NCBI GenBank assembly: GCA_951406725.2
Contig: OX597831.1
Coordinates: 44,330,001-44,394,000 of the forward strand
DNA: 64,000 nucleotides
From: Octopus vulgaris
Lineage: Eukaryota
Direction of reading: 5' to 3'
The position numbers and the translations under genes are program-made. The notes under the pieces were generated by a model, which made no database searches, was not told where the DNA came from, and saw nothing but the letters and a program-made list of their open reading frames with translations. This document shows positions 59,139-64,000 of this stretch, piece by piece (the first letter of the stretch is position 1; each line of letters begins with the position of its first letter).

Positions 59139-59239
59139 GTAAATTATCTACACATGTTTTTATTAAGCTGCGAAACAGTTGTCGTTCAATAAAGATTTCC
59201 AGTGGCAAAATAAATTTTATCATAATATATTTCTCTCGT
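58949..59239. repeat. Inverted repeat of about 100 bp carrying the 3' half of a hammerhead
   Basis: Arms 58949-59050 / 59141-59239; GCTGC-GAAA-CAGTTG-TC; CTGANGA box absent. Confidence 0.75.
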
Positions 59240-59608
59240 TATTTATAATTTTATACAGTCCTTATGTTTTTCTCTTGTATCGTACTGTATATTCAATGTG
59301 GTTTGTAAAATGATGCATTAGGGACTTTTTTCGTGTTCCACAGGATAAGTTGAATGCATATATTATGACTTAATACATACATACACACACACATATATAT
59401 ATAGTAATTATCTGGTCTTTGTGTATATGTCTATTAATATGCCGATTAAAACACACTCAGCGTTTGGGCTACCTGGTGCCATCAGCAGTTACGGTATCAT
59501 TTTCAATGGATATACGTCAGGAATTCTGCAGTGTTCATTTACTTTATAATTGATGAGGTGACGGAAAATGCGCTAAATAAAGATTCGTACCAAATTCATT
59601 TTCCGTTT

Positions 59609-59695
<87 letters not shown>

Positions 59696-59974
59696 GTGTG
59701 TATGCGTAAAATTTCGTCTAATGGCGTAATGCAATAGGCATGTACAATAAGTGCTCAGGTTGAAAATGGAAACTACTATTATCTTTTACAGAGGATGTTC
59801 CTTAATTCTTCCTCTCTGGAGACAATATAGTTGACATATATGAAAGTCTTTACACCATAAATACAGCTATTCCAGAAACAGCTGTAAGTGACTTTATGCA
59901 TTATTTCTTAATCCGTCGTTTATAATAACTCTGCAATTATGTTTCAATTCGTATTGAATTAGCATTTGTCAAAA

Positions 59975-61050
59975 TCAAGTGTGGAAAACAACATTTCTTT
60001 GTCGATTTGGACGACTTCCATACGAATAACTTCATTCAAATCGTCCAAAGTACGGGGCTTATGCGCATACACACGTGCCTTGAGGTTTCCCCACAAGAAA
60101 TAATCACATATCGACAAATCAGGGGACCGATGGGCCAAGGAATGTCAACAAACCTGGAAATAAGGCGGTCGCAGAAGAGAGGGTGAAGAACGACCATTGA
60201 TGCTTCGGCTGTGCGAGCCGTTGCCACATCCTGCTGAAACTACACACGTCGTTTTCGTCGTAATTCAGACACAAAGAAGTTGTTTATCATCTCGATGTAA
60301 CACTCGGAGTTCACAGTAACAGCATTTCCATTATTGTCTTCAAAAAAGTAAGGACCAATGACAACAGCTTTTCCAACAGCACACCAGATCGTTACTTTTG
60401 AGTTGTACAGTGGCCCTTCGTGCAGTATTCTCGGATTTCCAAGAGCCCAATAACGACAGTTCTGTCGATCCACTGAGATGAAAATGAGCATCGTCACTCA
60501 TTAACAAAATGAGATTGTCATTTGCCTCAAAGATTGCTTCCATCTGACGTGCGAAGTTAAGCCACTGTGTTATGGTGTCAACTGTTATCCAATGACCAAT
60601 TTGCATGTGTGGAAATGCAGGCCTTCATGCAAAATACGCCTTACCGATCGATTACCGATGCCAAGTTCTGTGGAATGCTTCCGAGCAGAGCGATTCGGAC
60701 TCCGTATCAAAGCTAGTCTGACGCGTTCCACATTTTCCGGGGTCCCTACTGTTCGTGGCGCCCCCACCACTCTCCTATTAATTAGTGTAGCTCGTGTACG
60801 AAGTGCATTCACCTGACGTAATGTTGTGTTATGGGTGGGAACAGCCTGATTTCGGTGAATGTTGAAGTGGTGCCGAAACTCACACTGAACTGCTGTGACA
60901 GACTCGTTATTCTTCACGTAACTGTCGTAGACAAACACGCGATGCTCTATTGTCCACAGCACCGTGGCTTCACCTGCAAAAGGGAAAAAAAAGCTAAGAC
61001 ACCGCGGACCGAATGGTACCTGTCGGACATATGTCCCTCCTCTTGAGGCT
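59975..61050 (-). mobile_element. Decayed rosa-type (DD41D) Tc1/mariner transposon
   Basis: MLWTIEHRVFVYDSY..SVTAVQ.EFR N-terminus, MSDDAHFHLSG, VTIWCAV..IGPYFF, FQQDVATA...RSPDLSICDYFLWG; 41-residue spacing after correcting one frameshift. Confidence 0.9.
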
Positions 61051-61830
61051 GAGTAATAGCCTCACACACACACACGCACACGCACGCATGCATATATGTG
61101 TGTGTGTGTGGAGGAACATGGTCTAGTGGTTAGAGCAGCAGATGTTGGTTTATGTCCCCTTAACTCGGTGGTTCGGCAAAGGAGAACGATACGATAAGCA
61201 CCAGACTTTATAAGGAGAAAATACATTAATACTAGGGGAGATTTGTTCGACTAAAACTCTACGGGGCGGTGTCCCAGCATGGCCGTGGGCCAATGACTGA
61301 AAACTCGTAAGTGATAAAATATATATGATGATATTTAAACAAAAATTAACTTTATATTTCAGATTTTTACCTGTATTTATCTGCAATTTGATGTACATTT
61401 TAGATAAAGATTCCAAAATAGATTTATATTAAGAATCGTTTGATGAGTTGCGTGTGAAAGACTACTTTAATATATCAACAGATGGAAATAAAGAAAAAAG
61501 GTTGCAGTTGTTTTGTTTACTCAATTTTAATTCGTAATTGGTTTAGAATTTCAGTGAAATGTATAGAGGTGTATTTAGTTAGAAATAGAGCCACGAGTGA
61601 GTTAAGGATATTTTTTCCATGGATCGTAATGGAATTTCGTAAAGATCTGAATACATCAGACTTCAAAATAGCTGACAGTGGAGCTAGCTAAGAGCATCAG
61701 GCAAAAACGTTGTTTGTTTTTTTCTTTAATTTTTTCTTTTTAATTTTTTTTTTTTAAGAAATGACTTTTGAAAATTGAGCTGCATCTCATTACCTCATGA
61801 GTTGGCAAATACGGTATAGATATGTATGGT

Positions 61831-62410
61831 GAAGGAGCGTGGCTTAGGAGTTAGGGTGTTCGGCTTACGATGGTAATGTTGTGAGTTCGATACTTGTGAG
61901 TTGTGTCCTTAAGCAAGACACTTAGCTTCTCATTTCTCCAGTCCACTGGGCTGGTAAATATGAATGGTACCCGTATTTCAAAGGGGTAGCCATGTCACAG
62001 TCTATGTCACTCTGAATCTCCCGGAGAACTACATTAGGGCTATGCGTGTCTGTGGAGTGCTCAGCCACTTGCATGGTAATTTCATGAGCAGGTTTTTCCG
62101 TTAACCCAGTGGTTCCCAAATTTTTTTCAGGCTGCCGCCCCCTTGACATTCAGGCCACATTCCTAGTTCCCCCACCCCAACTAACCATCACAAACAGACC
62201 TCTTTCTGACGCAAATTCAAAGCAACTGTATTTCACAAATAAAACAACCTAATCAACCCATTATTTTGTTGTTTTTTACACGAATCGCTCCCCCATTATC
62301 ACCCCACTTTTCTTCAACTTTCCACCACCCCCGGGGGTGGGGGCAATACCACCCACTTTGGGAACACGGATCAACTTGAGCACACATCGTCGTAACCGAC
62401 GGAGGACCAG
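61831..62410 (+). mobile_element. SINE D variant split by a hAT-like MITE (62107-62368)
   Basis: MITE termini CAGTGGTTCCCAAA / TTTGGGAACACG; the SINE resumes at gatcaac..cgtcgtaaccgacggag. Confidence 0.8.
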
Positions 62411-62413
62411 TTG

Positions 62414-64000
62414 TATTATTCTCTTCAGTCTTTGATTATCATAATTCTTCCTTTGAGGAAGGAATTGGTTTCTAACAAACATACAAAACTCCATTCTTAG
62501 AATGTACTTAACGAAAACAAGTCACATTTTAAACTTGAGAAAAGTCTTGCATATTTTTACTGCTCCACTTATAGATTGTATTTGTAATGTCCTAGTTTGT
62601 TGAGTTCCTTTCCTGAAAATCGAAGCTTATCCAGATTGTTTCGATAAGCATTTACTCACAAAACCAACTGCTCTAATTATTATTGGTATAAATGTGAATT
62701 TGTAATCTGGATATCGAAGTTGGACGTTTCGAAGCATTTGTCTATAGTTATCTTCTTCCTCTGATTTTCAACGTGGTATTCACATCAGCAGGACAGCTGA
62801 CCACTATGACGGTACATACTTTTTCTTGTCTGTCCCAAACAACAATATCTGGCCTGTTATGTTTACATATGACATATGTTTTGACGGGAATGTTCCACTA
62901 GCATTCTTTGTGTTGATATTTGTGTATGTATTCAATAATATTCTTTATATTTATTCCAGGGCAGTCTTTTTTTCCGGATGGCATTGTATGTATACCATTA
63001 TTCAGATTTATTTCAAGATTTCTTACCAATGGAGAAAGAGTGGATTTCTAACCTAGACCCAAGGCTCCTTTATTGGCATTTCAGCATCAACAACAGGGTA
63101 TTTTTGCATGAATGTATGTATATGTTATATGCTTTGTTTCATGAATGCACTCTCATACAAATAGTTGCATGTCGAGTCATGCTCGTATATACTTAAATGA
63201 TAAACTCCTGGAAAGTTTTACAGATTTTTACAATTCCAATGATGGATTGGATCTGTAGTCTTCGAATCAGATTTGTCCTTTCTGGTTTTGAAAACCCTAA
63301 TTTCTCAAGATTGGTATATAGGCGGTGTGTTACATATCCCAATGCCCCAATAATTACAGGTATAAACCTGAACTTGTAATCTGAATGGAGTAGATGTAGA
63401 TTCCTCAATAGTTCAGCGTAGGTATTTTCTTTTTCGCTGATCTTTAGTTTTGTATGTATGTATGTATGTATGTATGTATTATGAATGTATGTACGTATGT
63501 CTGTTTGTATGTATGTATATATGTATTATGCATGTATGTATGTATGTATGTATGTATGTATGTATGTATGTATGTATGTATGTATGTATGTATGTATGTA
63601 TGTATGTCTCCTCTATTTTTTGATTATTATAAATATTCCACTGAGGAGGAAGTCGGTTTCCAACAAAGATACAAGGCACTATCTTTGGGATGTAATTAAC
63701 ACTGACAAATTCACATTTGGAACTTGAGAAAAGTCTTGCATAGTTTTACTGTTTCACTCACAGATTGAACTTGTAATGTACCAATTAGCCGGTCGATTTC
63801 TCTTTCTGAAAATCCCAGTTTATCCAGATTCTCCTTTAAGCATTTACTAACAAAACTTAGTACTCCAATTATTATTGGTATGAATATGAATTCATAGTCT
63901 GGATAAAGAAGCAGGAGGTTTCGAAGCAGTTGTCCATAGATATCCTCTTTTCCTTTGATTTTCAAAGAGATATTTATATCTGCAGGGTATCTAACCTTTA
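62414..64000 (-). mobile_element. Three stacked 3' ends of RLE-type non-LTR retrotransposons (62414-62985, 62993-63452, 63607-64000+)
   Basis: WNIPVKT..KHNRPDIVVWD..VSCPADVN (RLE PD-like motif); YPDY.F.FIP.IIG.LG..LGFS..VK.CKTF motif in each; separated by TATG repeats. Confidence 0.85.

Overview
AT-rich, microsatellite-saturated eukaryotic DNA with no recognisable intact host gene; almost all listed ORFs are translations of (TA)n/(CA)n/(TATG)n/(ATT)n repeats. The SINE families and repeat landscape resemble an Octopus (coleoid cephalopod) intron or intergenic region (inference from recall, not a search). Readable content: four tRNA-derived SINE families; three decayed Tc1/mariner transposases (DD37D maT, DD41D rosa, a mariner); a Buster/Charlie hAT fossil; MITEs; a Helitron; and LINE 3' ends (CR1/L2-like, Tx1-like, R4/Dong-like, and an RLE family sitting in (TATG)n). 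Not visible in the ORF track is a dense set of Penelope-like element (PLE) material. It comprises two decayed PLE ORFs (one Naiad-like, one zinc-knuckle GIY-YIG type) and five core-intact plus about six decayed minimal type-I hammerhead ribozymes. Most have their own palindromic helix III and lie in short, often fold-back, insertions in (TA)n tracts. Repeat boundaries were read by eye and are approximate.
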